A DNA stretch of 64,000 nt, from positions 31,320 through 95,319 of the IMG/VR virus record IMGVR_UViG_3300047160_009070. One strand, 5' to 3'. The notes beneath the pieces were generated by a model that saw only the letters and a list, made by a program, of their open reading frames with translations, searched no databases and was not told the DNA's origin. Below are positions 20,648 to 29,493 of this stretch, one piece after another. How positions within the stretch are numbered: position 1 is the stretch's first letter; each line of letters begins with the position of its first letter. The translations under genes and the position numbers were made by a program. This DNA comes from a virus.

Positions 20648-21574
20648 ATGGCACTCAAGCACGGCAAGAAACCGGCGACATACGACCGGCGTGACATCCA
20701 GTACAGCGATGCTCGCCCCGACAGCTTGACGATCACCGTCCCACCGAGCTTCGGCCGCGGCCGGGACTTCGCCGACGGTCCCGCGCCCGCCGGCTGGGGA
20801 ATGAACGGCAACGGCCCGACCGACGACAACTCGATGCCGGCCGAGTGGACGGCGGCGTTGCAGGGCGCCGGGTGCTGCACGATCGCCGACCCGTCGCATG
20901 TGGAGCGGATGAACGCCAAGGACTCGGGGCGTCCTGCCGTGTCGGTGTCCGGCAAGACGACGATAGACCAGTACATAGCGCTGAGCGCTCAGGACGGCGC
21001 GGCCTATGACCCGGTGTCAGGCAACAACGACAACGGGCTCGAGATCCGCCATGTCCTGAACTACCGCCAGAACCCGGGGTTCGCGGACGACGCCGGCAAC
21101 CTCTACAAGATCGGCACCTACATGGGGATCGAGATCGCCAACTCGCAGCATCTCCGCGAGGCGGTGTGGCTGTTCCCGGGCGTGTCGATAGGGATCACCG
21201 TCACCCAGTCGATGATGGACCAGATCGACTCCGGCAAGATGTGGTCGGTCGTCCCGGGGATGATGGACAGCCAGCTCGGCGGCCATGACGTGCCGCTGGT
21301 CGGGCATCCGTGGGGCGGTCTGTGGACGGTGATCACCTGGGGGCAGCGCCAGGTGATGAGCTACAACCTGCTGTCGAAGGTGTGCGACGAGGCGTGGGCG
21401 TACATCGACCCGGAGCGCTACAGCACCGTGACCGGCGAGACATACAACGGCTGGAGGGACGCGGACCTCGAGAAGTTCATTGTGATGGCCGCCCAGCAGA
21501 AAGCCGCAGCGCCAGCCGGAGGCGGCGGCAAGATCACGGGGGCGCGCAAGCGCGTGACGCAAGTTGGGTACTAG
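20648..21574 (+). CDS. Papain-fold cysteine peptidase, candidate endolysin
   Basis: RBS TAAGGAG with ATG 20648 (MALKHGKKPA); GMNGN...GCCTIA (catalytic Cys), GGHDVPLVG (His), VITWG; adjacent to a holin-like gene. Confidence 0.6.
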   Translation: MALKHGKKPATYDRRDIQYSDARPDSLTITVPPSFGRGRDFADGPAPAGWGMNGNGPTDDNSMPAEWTAALQGAGCCTIADPSHVERMNAKDSGRPAVSVSGKTTIDQYIALSAQDGAAYDPVSGNNDNGLEIRHVLNYRQNPGFADDAGNLYKIGTYMGIEIANSQHLREAVWLFPGVSIGITVTQSMMDQIDSGKMWSVVPGMMDSQLGGHDVPLVGHPWGGLWTVITWGQRQVMSYNLLSKVCDEAWAYIDPERYSTVTGETYNGWRDADLEKFIVMAAQQKAAAPAGGGGKITGARKRVTQVGY

Positions 21575-21944
21575 CATCAGCATCCCGGCGCCGGCGGTCG
21601 TGGTACTCGGGGTCCTCGCCGGCGCGCTGCAGTACCTGAACCAGGCGACGTTCACGTTCGGCCCGCCGTGGAGGGACGTGATCACGTTCGGCCTGTACGT
21701 GGTCGCGATCATCGGTGTGTCGCCGCTGTCGCACCAAACGTTCCGCAACGCGCTGCATCTCCCGCCGGGCCTCGCGACGCTGGTGACGGTGATCGCGACG
21801 GTGCTGGCCGCAGCGATCCTCACGTTCCACGGCCTGTCGCCGCAGGCGAAGGGTGGCCTCGAGGGGGTGCTCGCGTTCCTGGCGTTCATCGGCTTCGGTG
21901 CCGCCCCCGTCCCAGCGCCCGCCGCGGCCGTGCTGACCAAGTAA
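21564..21944 (+). CDS. Holin-like membrane protein (~4 TM helices)
   Basis: Four hydrophobic segments; last gene before the terminator hairpin. Confidence 0.65.
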   Translation: MGTSISIPAPAVVVLGVLAGALQYLNQATFTFGPPWRDVITFGLYVVAIIGVSPLSHQTFRNALHLPPGLATLVTVIATVLAAAILTFHGLSPQAKGGLEGVLAFLAFIGFGAAPVPAPAAAVLTK

Positions 21945-21977
21945 AACTGCATATCCGAGTATTGGGGTAGCCTTTAG

Positions 21978-22051
21978 GGCGAATCCGTCAGATTCGCCAC
22001 CAGCGGAAGCTCGCCATCGTCTCTCACCCGGACCGGCGAGCTTCCGTCTTT
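21978..22051 (+). ncRNA. Two-hairpin element: terminator and candidate antisense sRNA
   Basis: GGCGAATC/GATTCGCC (21978-21998); 12-bp CGGAAGCTCGCC/GGCGAGCTTCCG (22004-22046) with a 19-nt loop, followed by TCTTT. Confidence 0.55.
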
Positions 22052-22065
22052 CCGGGGTGCCACAG

Positions 22066-22094
22066 TTGCAACCCGACCGGCTTTCTGTCATACT
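22066..22094 (+). promoter_or_regulatory. Sigma70-type promoter TTGCAA-N17-CATACT with conserved spacer
   Basis: Spacer cccgaccggctttctgt resembles the spacers at 49615, 58453 and 60425. Confidence 0.7.
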
Positions 22095-22142
22095 CCCGGT
22101 ATGGACTTAGGAGTCAGCTAGCTCTCGAAAGGAGGGTGATCT

Positions 22143-23363
22143 ATGGCAGGATTGGACGAGCCTGTCAGAGCTTCGAGCGTCGAGATCAAACCGGTCATCT
22201 GGCTGTGGCGCGAAAGGGTGCCGCGCAAGATGATCACGATCTTCGGCGGACGGCGCGACCAAGGGAAGGGTTTGGGTTGCGTCCACATCGCCGCCGAGGT
22301 GTCGAACAGCACCTATGTCGGCAAGGACGGCAAGGAACGCCCCGGCTATGTGATCTACTCGGCTGCCGAGGACGCGCACGAGGAGATGACCGCGCCGCGC
22401 CTGAAAGCGGCGGGGGCGAACCTGGACAACATCGACCTGTGGCGCTTCCGGCTCCCGAAGGACCATGAGAAGCTCGCGAAGCTGCTGCTGCAGATCGACC
22501 AGCCGCGAGAGGTAGACCTGGTGGTCATGGACCCGATCGCCAGCCACCTGTCCGGCAACATTTCGCGTCATTCCGACAACATCCGGACGGTGACGGAACC
22601 GTTGACGCGGCTGCTGGAAGCGACCGGGACGGCGTGCATCGTCGTCGAGCATGTGCTGAAGAAGGTGCCTTCGTCCGGCCACCCGATCGACGCGATCGGC
22701 GGGGGAAGCTCCGGTCTGATCGCCGCCGCGAGGATGGCGTTCCTGCTCGGCATCGACCCGAAGGACGACGAGCGCAGGTTTTTGTGCTGCGTGAAGCACA
22801 ACGTCCGCGACAAGCCGATGGAGATCGCGTTCGAGATGGACCTGGTTGACGTTCCCCCGGCGGGCGACATGCCCGCGTTGATGTTCGACGAGGAGTGCAC
22901 GTTCAACCCGATGAAGTTCCTTGTGATCACGCACGGCAACCGTGTCGGGCGTCCCCCGGACAAGCGCGCAGCCGCCTGCGAGTGGCTGGCGAACTATCTG
23001 TGGGAGGCGTACTACAAGGGTCTGCCCGCGCTCGCGAACGAACCGGCGATCCCGCCCGGTCCGGTGCTCGCCGCACGCGCGTACGAGGACGGCAAGCAAC
23101 TCCAGATCTCCACCAAGACGCTGAAGCGCGCGTCGCAGGACATGGAGATCGTGAAGGACCCGCCGACCGGCGCGGGAACGAAGTGGTCGCTGCCGGACGA
23201 ACTGAAGCAGCTGCTGGACGAGGCGAACGGAATCGTGAAGGGCGAGCCGATCTCGGAGCAGAACGCTCCGGGTGACGCGACCAAGAGCCTCGAGGACGAG
23301 TTGGCGGCGATGATCGACGAGAAGAAGAAAGCGAAGAAGAAAGGCAAGAGCGATGGATCTTGA
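22143..23363 (+). CDS. RecA-fold AAA_25/RepA-like helicase
   Basis: IWLWRERVP...GRRDQGKG (variant Walker A), SAAED, LVVMDP (Walker B), HVLKK...GSSGLIAAAR...VKHN; strong RBS. Confidence 0.75.
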   Translation: MAGLDEPVRASSVEIKPVIWLWRERVPRKMITIFGGRRDQGKGLGCVHIAAEVSNSTYVGKDGKERPGYVIYSAAEDAHEEMTAPRLKAAGANLDNIDLWRFRLPKDHEKLAKLLLQIDQPREVDLVVMDPIASHLSGNISRHSDNIRTVTEPLTRLLEATGTACIVVEHVLKKVPSSGHPIDAIGGGSSGLIAAARMAFLLGIDPKDDERRFLCCVKHNVRDKPMEIAFEMDLVDVPPAGDMPALMFDEECTFNPMKFLVITHGNRVGRPPDKRAAACEWLANYLWEAYYKGLPALANEPAIPPGPVLAARAYEDGKQLQISTKTLKRASQDMEIVKDPPTGAGTKWSLPDELKQLLDEANGIVKGEPISEQNAPGDATKSLEDELAAMIDEKKKAKKKGKSDGS

Positions 23364-23955
23364 GAACCTGCCGTTCAAGCCGATCGCGGCGCCTGACGAC
23401 ACGTTCCGTGTCCCCGACCTCGCCGAGGTGGTGAAGGGCTGGCGGTGCTGGTCGCTGGAGAGCAAGACGCTGCGCTACGGCCTGAAGCCGAAGCTGTACT
23501 CGGTCGCCGGGACATCCGGATATTTCTGGGTCCCCCGGCGCGAGTCGGTCGCCGAATGCAACCGTGTCGACAAGCAGCATCCGTCGAGCGACGTTCCGCA
23601 CGACGAGGCCAGCCACCTCTGCGGGTTCTATTCGGCCAAGACGTACAAGCATTTGAAGACAATGCCGTACTGGAAGTACAACGAGGAGGTGGACGGCTAC
23701 TTCAAGATCGTGGGTGTCGTCGCGAACTGGGGCAAGGTGATCGAATGCAGCCTCGGATGGCGCGCCCAGAAGGCGTACCCGAACACGCTGTTCATCCCGT
23801 ACGAAGCGTGGCGGCTCGCAAGACCGCTCGCGGAGACGTACGGGGTGCCGGTGTATCTGAAGAACTTCCTGCAGGCGTACGGAAAGGAACGCCTGGGGGA
23901 GACGGACGACGACGTCGCCGTGGTGGCGGCGGGCAACACGAAAGGAGCCTCATGA
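23353..23955 (+). CDS. Phage hypothetical protein
   Basis: GWRCW...CGFYSAK...WGKVIE..GWRAQKA; coupled ORF. Confidence 0.6.
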   Translation: MDLENLPFKPIAAPDDTFRVPDLAEVVKGWRCWSLESKTLRYGLKPKLYSVAGTSGYFWVPRRESVAECNRVDKQHPSSDVPHDEASHLCGFYSAKTYKHLKTMPYWKYNEEVDGYFKIVGVVANWGKVIECSLGWRAQKAYPNTLFIPYEAWRLARPLAETYGVPVYLKNFLQAYGKERLGETDDDVAVVAAGNTKGAS

Positions 23956-24461
23956 CGGACCAAGAAGTGAAGAAGGTGCTTGCGAACATGCTGATCAACT
24001 TCAAGGCGATCGGCTGGACGCAGGGAACGTTCCAGAACAGCGACGGCGAGGTGTGCCTCGTCGAGAGCTTCAACACCACACAGCGGAACGCCGGCGTTGA
24101 CGCACGCGGATTCGCGGGTGAGGGCGCGATGCAGATCGCGAACGTGCTCGGGTTTCCGTCGCCGTCGGCGGCAGCGGCGTGGAACGACACGCCGGGCCGG
24201 ACCGAGGACGAGATCAAGGACCTTATCCGCGCCGCGATCCGCGGGGAGATCACTCCCGTCGAGCCCGCCGACGATGTTGACGTCTATGACGGCGAGCCGT
24301 ACGACATGGAGATCGGCAAGAAGCAGCGGACGATCATCGTCGAGCCGACCACGATCCCGGTGCCGCAGCCTGAGCGTGCACCCGCACCCGCCCGCGAGCC
24401 GGTCAGACGCCGGGAGCAGGCACCGGAGCGCGAGCCGGAGAGGGTGCCGGAGCACGCATGA
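23952..24461 (+). CDS. Hypothetical protein with Pro/Glu-rich tail
   Basis: RBS AAAGGAG with ATG 23952; GWTQG...CL...WNDTPGRT pattern. Confidence 0.6.
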   Translation: MTDQEVKKVLANMLINFKAIGWTQGTFQNSDGEVCLVESFNTTQRNAGVDARGFAGEGAMQIANVLGFPSPSAAAAWNDTPGRTEDEIKDLIRAAIRGEITPVEPADDVDVYDGEPYDMEIGKKQRTIIVEPTTIPVPQPERAPAPAREPVRRREQAPEREPERVPEHA

Positions 24462-24820
24462 CCGAGGACGTTCTCCAGCAGGAGCAGCCGGACGACCAGC
24501 CCGCCAAGGCGGAGGTCGATGGCTCTATCTGGACTCGTGACAGGGCGGCCGACATTCTTGCTCGGCCGCTCCATCCGAGCACGCTCGTAGGGTCTTGGTG
24601 CAGTGTCTGGGCGGACGGCCAGATCCTCGAGCTTGGCTTGGTGGTCGGCGAACCCGATCCGGGGCGCCGGTATCTCGTCCAGTTCTACGACGGCGGCTCG
24701 GTTGAGCAGATGACCCCGACCCACCAAGAGCATTTCAGGGTCGACGACATGGACGACTGGCATTTCTACGACACGCAGGAGGAGATGGTGGCGGCGTGGT
24801 TCAAGCACGGGCTGCAGTGA
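24458..24820 (+). CDS. Hypothetical protein
   Basis: ATGA-coupled acidic ORF. Confidence 0.55.
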   Translation: MTEDVLQQEQPDDQPAKAEVDGSIWTRDRAADILARPLHPSTLVGSWCSVWADGQILELGLVVGEPDPGRRYLVQFYDGGSVEQMTPTHQEHFRVDDMDDWHFYDTQEEMVAAWFKHGLQ

Positions 24821-24960
24821 CGCGCAGGCTGCGCGGCATGGTTGAGCGGTTCGCGCTGTGGCTTCTCGAGAACGAGTTGGAGAACCGTTTCGGTTCGCCG
24901 GAGCAGCGCCGCGAGGCGGCCGAGACGTTCGCCAGGGCCTACCCGAACTGGCCGTCATGA
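24817..24960 (+). CDS. Small hypothetical protein (47 aa, MTRRLRGMVERFALW...), not in the ORF track
   Basis: GTGA and ATGA overlaps at both ends. Confidence 0.5.
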   Translation: MTRRLRGMVERFALWLLENELENRFGSPEQRREAAETFARAYPNWPS

Positions 24961-25178
24961 CGGAACGCACCGGCGTGATCGTGCATTGCCTGACCCGTGA
25001 GGCGTGGATCGCGATCGCGGAGGGGGCGATCGTCAACGATCTGCCGCTCAAGCCGGCGGAGGTGGAGAGAATGAAAGCGGCGCTGGGAGGGTTGACGGCG
25101 GAGGAGCGAGCTCGTCTTGAGGAGGCGAGACGGGAGCGCGCCAAGACGCGCAACGGTAACGGGAGGAGGGCGGCATGA
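24957..25178 (+). CDS. Hypothetical protein
   Basis: ATG 24957 (MTERTGVIVH...), coupled at both ends. Confidence 0.5.
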   Translation: MTERTGVIVHCLTREAWIAIAEGAIVNDLPLKPAEVERMKAALGGLTAEERARLEEARRERAKTRNGNGRRAA

Positions 25179-26458
25179 GCGTGACCGGTCTGACGTTGAC
25201 GCCGAAGGTGAACGAGCTGCTTGCCGGCTTCACGGTGCAGGGGTTCGGGCAGGTGACGGTGCAATGGAAGGAGCAGTCGGATCCGTCGCCTTGGGCGAAC
25301 GTCCCGGTTGTGATGTTGCCCGGTGGCCAAGGCGCGAGGACGTACGCGATCACCGGCCTGAACGGCGGGGTGCCGTACACGGTGCATGTCGACTCGCCGC
25401 CGCACGGCCGCTACTCAAGGACAGCGACCGGCGTCCCGCTCGCCGCACCCCCACCGCCGCCTCCGCCTCCCCCCCCGTCGGTGTTCACCGTCCCGGCGCA
25501 ACCGGGTGGTGTCACCCCGGCCGCCGGGCTGAGGGTGGTCTGCGCCGACGCGTTCAACCCCGCCTACCCGCTGTGCCCGCAGCTGTGGCTCCCGAACCGC
25601 GCGCCGTATCTGGGCGCCTACCCGGCGGGCAACGCCAGCGGGTTCAATCTGAACGAGGTGGAGGTGCTGCACCCGTCCAGGGTTGCGGTCAACCCGGCGG
25701 GCGGCGTGGACCTCGAGGCGGTGTACAACTCCGCCGGCTGGAGCTCGCCGCTGTACAACAAGACGGTGAACTGGCAGGCGGGCTGTCTCGTCACCCGCCC
25801 GCGGTCCTACCCGTCCGGGACTTCGCCGGCGTTCTCCGGCGCCCCGCCCGGCTACACCGGGTTCGGGTTCAGGTTCCCGACCGGCGCCAGGGACATGCTG
25901 GTGCTGCGCCTGGTGTGCACGCTGCCGCCGTACCCCGGCGAGGACTGCGGCTACTGGACGTGGGAGCAGGACACGGTCGGCGAGTGCGAACAGGACTTCT
26001 GCGAGTGGTGGAACCATGGTTCCAACAACGGCCAGGGCGTCAACTGCTGGTTCGGTGACGACAAGGGCGCCAACCGGTTCTCGAACCCGGACTGCTACCA
26101 CTACGTCACTGCGACCGGCGGACCGCAGCACGACGCGACCGAGCACGAGTGGACCCATGTATTCGACGGCTCGAGGTGCTGGTGTTTGCTGGACCAGCAG
26201 CCGTTCATGGTCAGCGACTCGTCCGGCACCCAGCACACTACGTCTGTTCCCTACCCGCCGCCGGGACCGAACGGCACCCCCACCAGGCTGTGGCAGTCGA
26301 TCATCCTGTCCCACGCCCTGCGGAACGTCGGCTCGGGTGCGGTGCCCGACCCGGCGAACAGCCCGTCCGTCTGGCACATCAAGTCGTTCGCCGCGTACGC
26401 GACACCGGGTGTGCAGACAGCCGGCGGTGTGGTCGCCCCCGGAACGGCGGTGGTGTGA
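25175..26458 (+). CDS. FN3-like + poly-Pro + GH16/ConA-like protein, paralogous to the N-terminus of 11718..16031
   Basis: VTVQWK...YAITGLNGGVPYTVHV (FN3); shared motifs NEVE, CTLPxYxGxD, SHALR and GGV-APGT-V. Confidence 0.65.
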   Translation: MSVTGLTLTPKVNELLAGFTVQGFGQVTVQWKEQSDPSPWANVPVVMLPGGQGARTYAITGLNGGVPYTVHVDSPPHGRYSRTATGVPLAAPPPPPPPPPPSVFTVPAQPGGVTPAAGLRVVCADAFNPAYPLCPQLWLPNRAPYLGAYPAGNASGFNLNEVEVLHPSRVAVNPAGGVDLEAVYNSAGWSSPLYNKTVNWQAGCLVTRPRSYPSGTSPAFSGAPPGYTGFGFRFPTGARDMLVLRLVCTLPPYPGEDCGYWTWEQDTVGECEQDFCEWWNHGSNNGQGVNCWFGDDKGANRFSNPDCYHYVTATGGPQHDATEHEWTHVFDGSRCWCLLDQQPFMVSDSSGTQHTTSVPYPPPGPNGTPTRLWQSIILSHALRNVGSGAVPDPANSPSVWHIKSFAAYATPGVQTAGGVVAPGTAVV

Positions 26459-26769
26459 TGGGACATCACCAGCCGGTGTTCGACGGGCCGGTGCCGCTCG
26501 CGGTGATCGCACCCGCCACACGCCGCGAGTTGGACAGCCGCGCCAAACAGCGGTTCGGCCTGACGCTCGAGGGGATGTACGCCACCTGGGCGTACTGGTG
26601 CCGGCGCGCCGGGACGTTCAGGGCGCTGCCGTGGTGGCAGCGCCGGAGGGTGCGCACGGCGATCAGGGAAGCGGACCGCAAAGCCGAACTGAACCTTGAG
26701 CGCATACGCGCCCTATGGAATCCGTCGGTCGATGTGGTAGAAGTTGCCGACCGAACAGGAGATCCATGA
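26458..26769 (+). CDS. Hypothetical protein
   Basis: TGATG-coupled ORF (MGHHQPVFDG...). Confidence 0.5.
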   Translation: MGHHQPVFDGPVPLAVIAPATRRELDSRAKQRFGLTLEGMYATWAYWCRRAGTFRALPWWQRRRVRTAIREADRKAELNLERIRALWNPSVDVVEVADRTGDP

Positions 26770-27005
26770 CCGAGACGATTCCGATCAACGCCCCACGCCG
26801 CCGGCGCCGCGGCCCCGAGTTGATGGGCGCCAGGGAGGTAGCGGACTGCCTCGGCGTGAAGGTGTCCAACCTGCAGTTCATCAAGGACCTGCCGCAGCCG
26901 TTGCAGGAGCTCACGTGCGGGCGTGTCTGGCTCGCCGCCGAGATCCGCAAGTTCGCGGAGGTTTACGAGGCGAGGCGCGAAGCCCGCCAGACGAAGGCTG
27001 CGTAA
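26766..27005 (+). CDS. AlpA/excisionase-like HTH DNA-binding protein
   Basis: ELMGAREVADCLGV...LPQP...GRVWLAAEI. Confidence 0.7.
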   Translation: MTETIPINAPRRRRRGPELMGAREVADCLGVKVSNLQFIKDLPQPLQELTCGRVWLAAEIRKFAEVYEARREARQTKAA

Positions 27006-27133
27006 AGCAGCCGGTTCCTCGACCAAGGAGGTAGCACCACACGACCATTAGCGGCGCGGCCGAAGTAAGCGAGTAGGCCAACGTGCGAGCGCCGAGCTGG
27101 GCAGTGACCTAATACCGTTCAGGAGGTTCCTTC

Positions 27134-27715
27134 ATGAAGTACCTCGTCCGGCCAGCCGTTGTGCTGGCCGTTGCTGTTCCCGGGCTGGCGGGGAGCGCGC
27201 ACGCCCGGGTGTTCCCGGTCGCGCACGCGTCGTCCCGGCTGCTGGCGTCGGCGCCTGCCTGCGACAGGCTGTACAGCGTCGCGATGGCGAAACGCGCGAT
27301 CGACGTCACCTACCGCCGGGGGGAGCGCCGCCACGACGTTGACCATTTGCGCCGGTTCATCCGCTGCCAGCGCAACCCCGGCCATTCGCAGTCCTATTTG
27401 AGGGGAGAGTGGGCGCGGCAACGCGCCAGATGGAGGGAGAGAACAGCACCGCCGCCGGCTCAGGTTGCGAGCTCGACGCCGGCGAGCGGGCTGGCTGTCT
27501 GCATCATCCACGCCGAGTCGGGCGGGAATTCGCAGGCCGTCAATGGACAATACGAGGGAATCGCCCAGTGGTCACCCAGTAGCTGGGCTGGCGGCGGCGG
27601 GTTGCGGTTCGCCTCGACGCCGCTGGGGGCCAGTTACAGCGAGCAGGTGATCGTCCTGAACGAGATGCTCGCCAACGGGCAGGCGTCCCAGTGGACGTGC
27701 TGCGATCCGTGCTAG
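27134..27715 (+). CDS. Secreted Rpf-like (resuscitation-promoting factor) transglycosylase
   Basis: Signal peptide ending AHA; CIIHAESGGN...NGQYEGIAQW...W...GG...ASYSEQ...QW; RBS AGGAGG. Confidence 0.75.
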   Translation: MKYLVRPAVVLAVAVPGLAGSAHARVFPVAHASSRLLASAPACDRLYSVAMAKRAIDVTYRRGERRHDVDHLRRFIRCQRNPGHSQSYLRGEWARQRARWRERTAPPPAQVASSTPASGLAVCIIHAESGGNSQAVNGQYEGIAQWSPSSWAGGGGLRFASTPLGASYSEQVIVLNEMLANGQASQWTCCDPC

Positions 27716-27731
27716 AAGCTAGAAGCTAGAA
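27711..27731 (+). repeat. Tandem repeat (GCTAGAA)x3
   Basis: gctagaa gctagaa gctagaa, overlapping the rpf-like stop codon. Confidence 0.8.
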
Positions 27732-27736
27732 CTTAG

Positions 27737-27772
27737 ACGGCCGGGTGGTCATGCGATCGCCCGGCCGTTTTT
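27737..27772 (+). terminator. Rho-independent terminator
   Basis: ACGGCCGGGTGGTC-atgc-GATCGCCCGGCCGT followed by TTTT. Confidence 0.85.
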
Positions 27773-27794
27773 GTCGCTAGCTGCGGCAAAACCC

Positions 27795-27823
27795 TCGACG
27801 GCTGGCCGTCATAGCGTCACAAT
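27795..27823 (+). promoter_or_regulatory. Candidate promoter TCGACG-N17-CACAAT containing the palindrome GACGGC-tg-GCCGTC
   Basis: Lies after a terminator and before the recombination operon. Confidence 0.4.
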
Positions 27824-27868
27824 GCGCCGATCGTTACAGTGGGCGTCCGGTGAGCGTGGTAGCTTCGT

Positions 27869-29065
27869 ATGGGTGAGAGACGAGCAGGCCGATCACGGCT
27901 GTGGGCTGGACGTCCCGGGTGCGGCGTGACCAGGCAGCTGTCGTTCACCGAGATCCAGACCGCTTTGACGTGCGAGGGACGCCACGCGTTCCAGTACACC
28001 GGCCGTCTGACCGGCGGCGAGACTCTGAAGCGTAAGCAGATCGCCGTGGAGCTTTCCAACGGCCGCGCCTGGGGTGCTGCTGTGGCTGCGTGGCACGGCT
28101 TCCCTGCCGACACGAGCCTGCTGGACGCCTACCGGCCCGTACTCGCCAAGCAAGCCGCCCACGAGGCGCTGCTGGCGTCCTACAGGCATGATGTGGAGGA
28201 GCAGCTCGCCGCCGGCGTGTGGGTTCCGGTGGAGGCACAGGTGGACCGCCAGACTTGGCTGGCGGAGATCCTCGACCATTACATGGCGACCGGCGTCCCG
28301 CTCGAGAATCTCACCAGGATCGAGGGTGGGTTCGATATGCCGCTGCCGTCCCGGACAGGCAAACGTGTGTCGACGGTGTACCGGTTCACCGGGTTTCTTG
28401 ACGGCTGGACGGTCCCGGCCGGCGGTGGGCATGCGCTGGTGGAGTTCAAGTTTCGCTCCCGTCTCACCCCGCCGGACCAGGTGCAGCTGTCCCGGCAGGT
28501 CCGCTGGTATGCGCTGGCGTTGCAGCGCGAGACGGGTGTGCCGGTGATCGGCGCGGTCCTGGATGAGCGTTTGGCGGAGCCGCCGAAGCCTCCGCGTGTG
28601 GTGCAGGCGAAACGCAAGGGGGAGGGTGTGGACGGCTGGACGGTCAGTCACGCCAAGGACCAGCTCACCACCCCCGAGCTTTATCTCGAGGCGTGCGGGT
28701 TGTTCGACGCCGAGCCGGAGCCCGACACACTCGATGCTCTGCGGACTCGTTTGTGGCAGCAGCGCCACCCGATTCTGTTCCGCCCGTCCGAGTTGGCTGA
28801 GGCGGAGCGCGAGTTGGTGTCGGCGGCGAAACTGATCCGCGATCTCGATTCGGGCGCCCGCTACCCGGTGCGTAACGCCCAGACGCAGCTGTGCCGCCGC
28901 TGCCGCTATCTCGAGGCATGTCCGAACCCGGACGACCAGTTTTATCTCGACACGCTCTACGAGCGCACTGTGCCGAAGAGGCTGCGTGCTCGAGAGGAGG
29001 AGAGCACCGGCGGGGGAACTCTGGCCCCTGGACCCCCCGCCGGCCTCTTCGCGGAGGCAGCATGA
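27869..29065 (+). CDS. Cas4/RecB-like PD-(D/E)xK exonuclease (start 27869 ATG or 27926 GTG)
   Basis: LSFTEI..ALTC, FTGFLDGW...LVEFK, QVRWYALAL, C-terminal CRRCRYLEAC Cys cluster. Confidence 0.8.
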   Translation: MGERRAGRSRLWAGRPGCGVTRQLSFTEIQTALTCEGRHAFQYTGRLTGGETLKRKQIAVELSNGRAWGAAVAAWHGFPADTSLLDAYRPVLAKQAAHEALLASYRHDVEEQLAAGVWVPVEAQVDRQTWLAEILDHYMATGVPLENLTRIEGGFDMPLPSRTGKRVSTVYRFTGFLDGWTVPAGGGHALVEFKFRSRLTPPDQVQLSRQVRWYALALQRETGVPVIGAVLDERLAEPPKPPRVVQAKRKGEGVDGWTVSHAKDQLTTPELYLEACGLFDAEPEPDTLDALRTRLWQQRHPILFRPSELAEAERELVSAAKLIRDLDSGARYPVRNAQTQLCRRCRYLEACPNPDDQFYLDTLYERTVPKRLRAREEESTGGGTLAPGPPAGLFAEAA

Positions 29066-29493
29066 TGGCCTACAACGACGTGAACTTCACTTGCTGTGTG
29101 TGCGGGATCGCGATCACGATGCCGGAGGGCCTGTATCAGCAGCGGGTGACGGATCACGGCGAGTTCTATTGCGTGAACGGCCACCGGCAGCGTTTCACCC
29201 AGAAGGACAAGAAGGAGCAGGAGATCGCCCGTTTGCGCGAAGAGGTGCGAGCCAGGGACTCGCTGATCGAGACTTTCCGTAGCGAGGCGAACGAATTGTG
29301 GGATGAGCGCGAGGGTTTGATCGCTTTGCTGCGCGAATGCCCGCTCTGTGATTGGCGCTCCAGCAAGCGCATCCCCCGGGGTGGTGTTCGTGCCGGCGTT
29401 GAGCGTGTCCACCAGCAGTTGGTCGACCATTTGGCGCACGACCACGGGCTGCCGGTGCCGCAGGAGCAGCGTCTTCTGGAGGCGGGGGCGTGA
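29062..29493 (+). CDS. Zn-finger/coiled-coil hypothetical protein
   Basis: CCVCG...FYCVNGH...CPLC; RBS GGAGG. Confidence 0.6.
   Translation: MMAYNDVNFTCCVCGIAITMPEGLYQQRVTDHGEFYCVNGHRQRFTQKDKKEQEIARLREEVRARDSLIETFRSEANELWDEREGLIALLRECPLCDWRSSKRIPRGGVRAGVERVHQQLVDHLAHDHGLPVPQEQRLLEAGA

Noticed and set aside
27001-27040. UAAAGCAGCCGGUUCC...GGAGG resembles a twister ribozyme
   Set aside because: The AAGC loop and the P2/P1 pairings could not be formed.
27869-29065. Cas4-like gene as part of a CRISPR system
   Set aside because: No repeat-spacer array or other cas genes in the window; the context is Sak4/SSB recombination.
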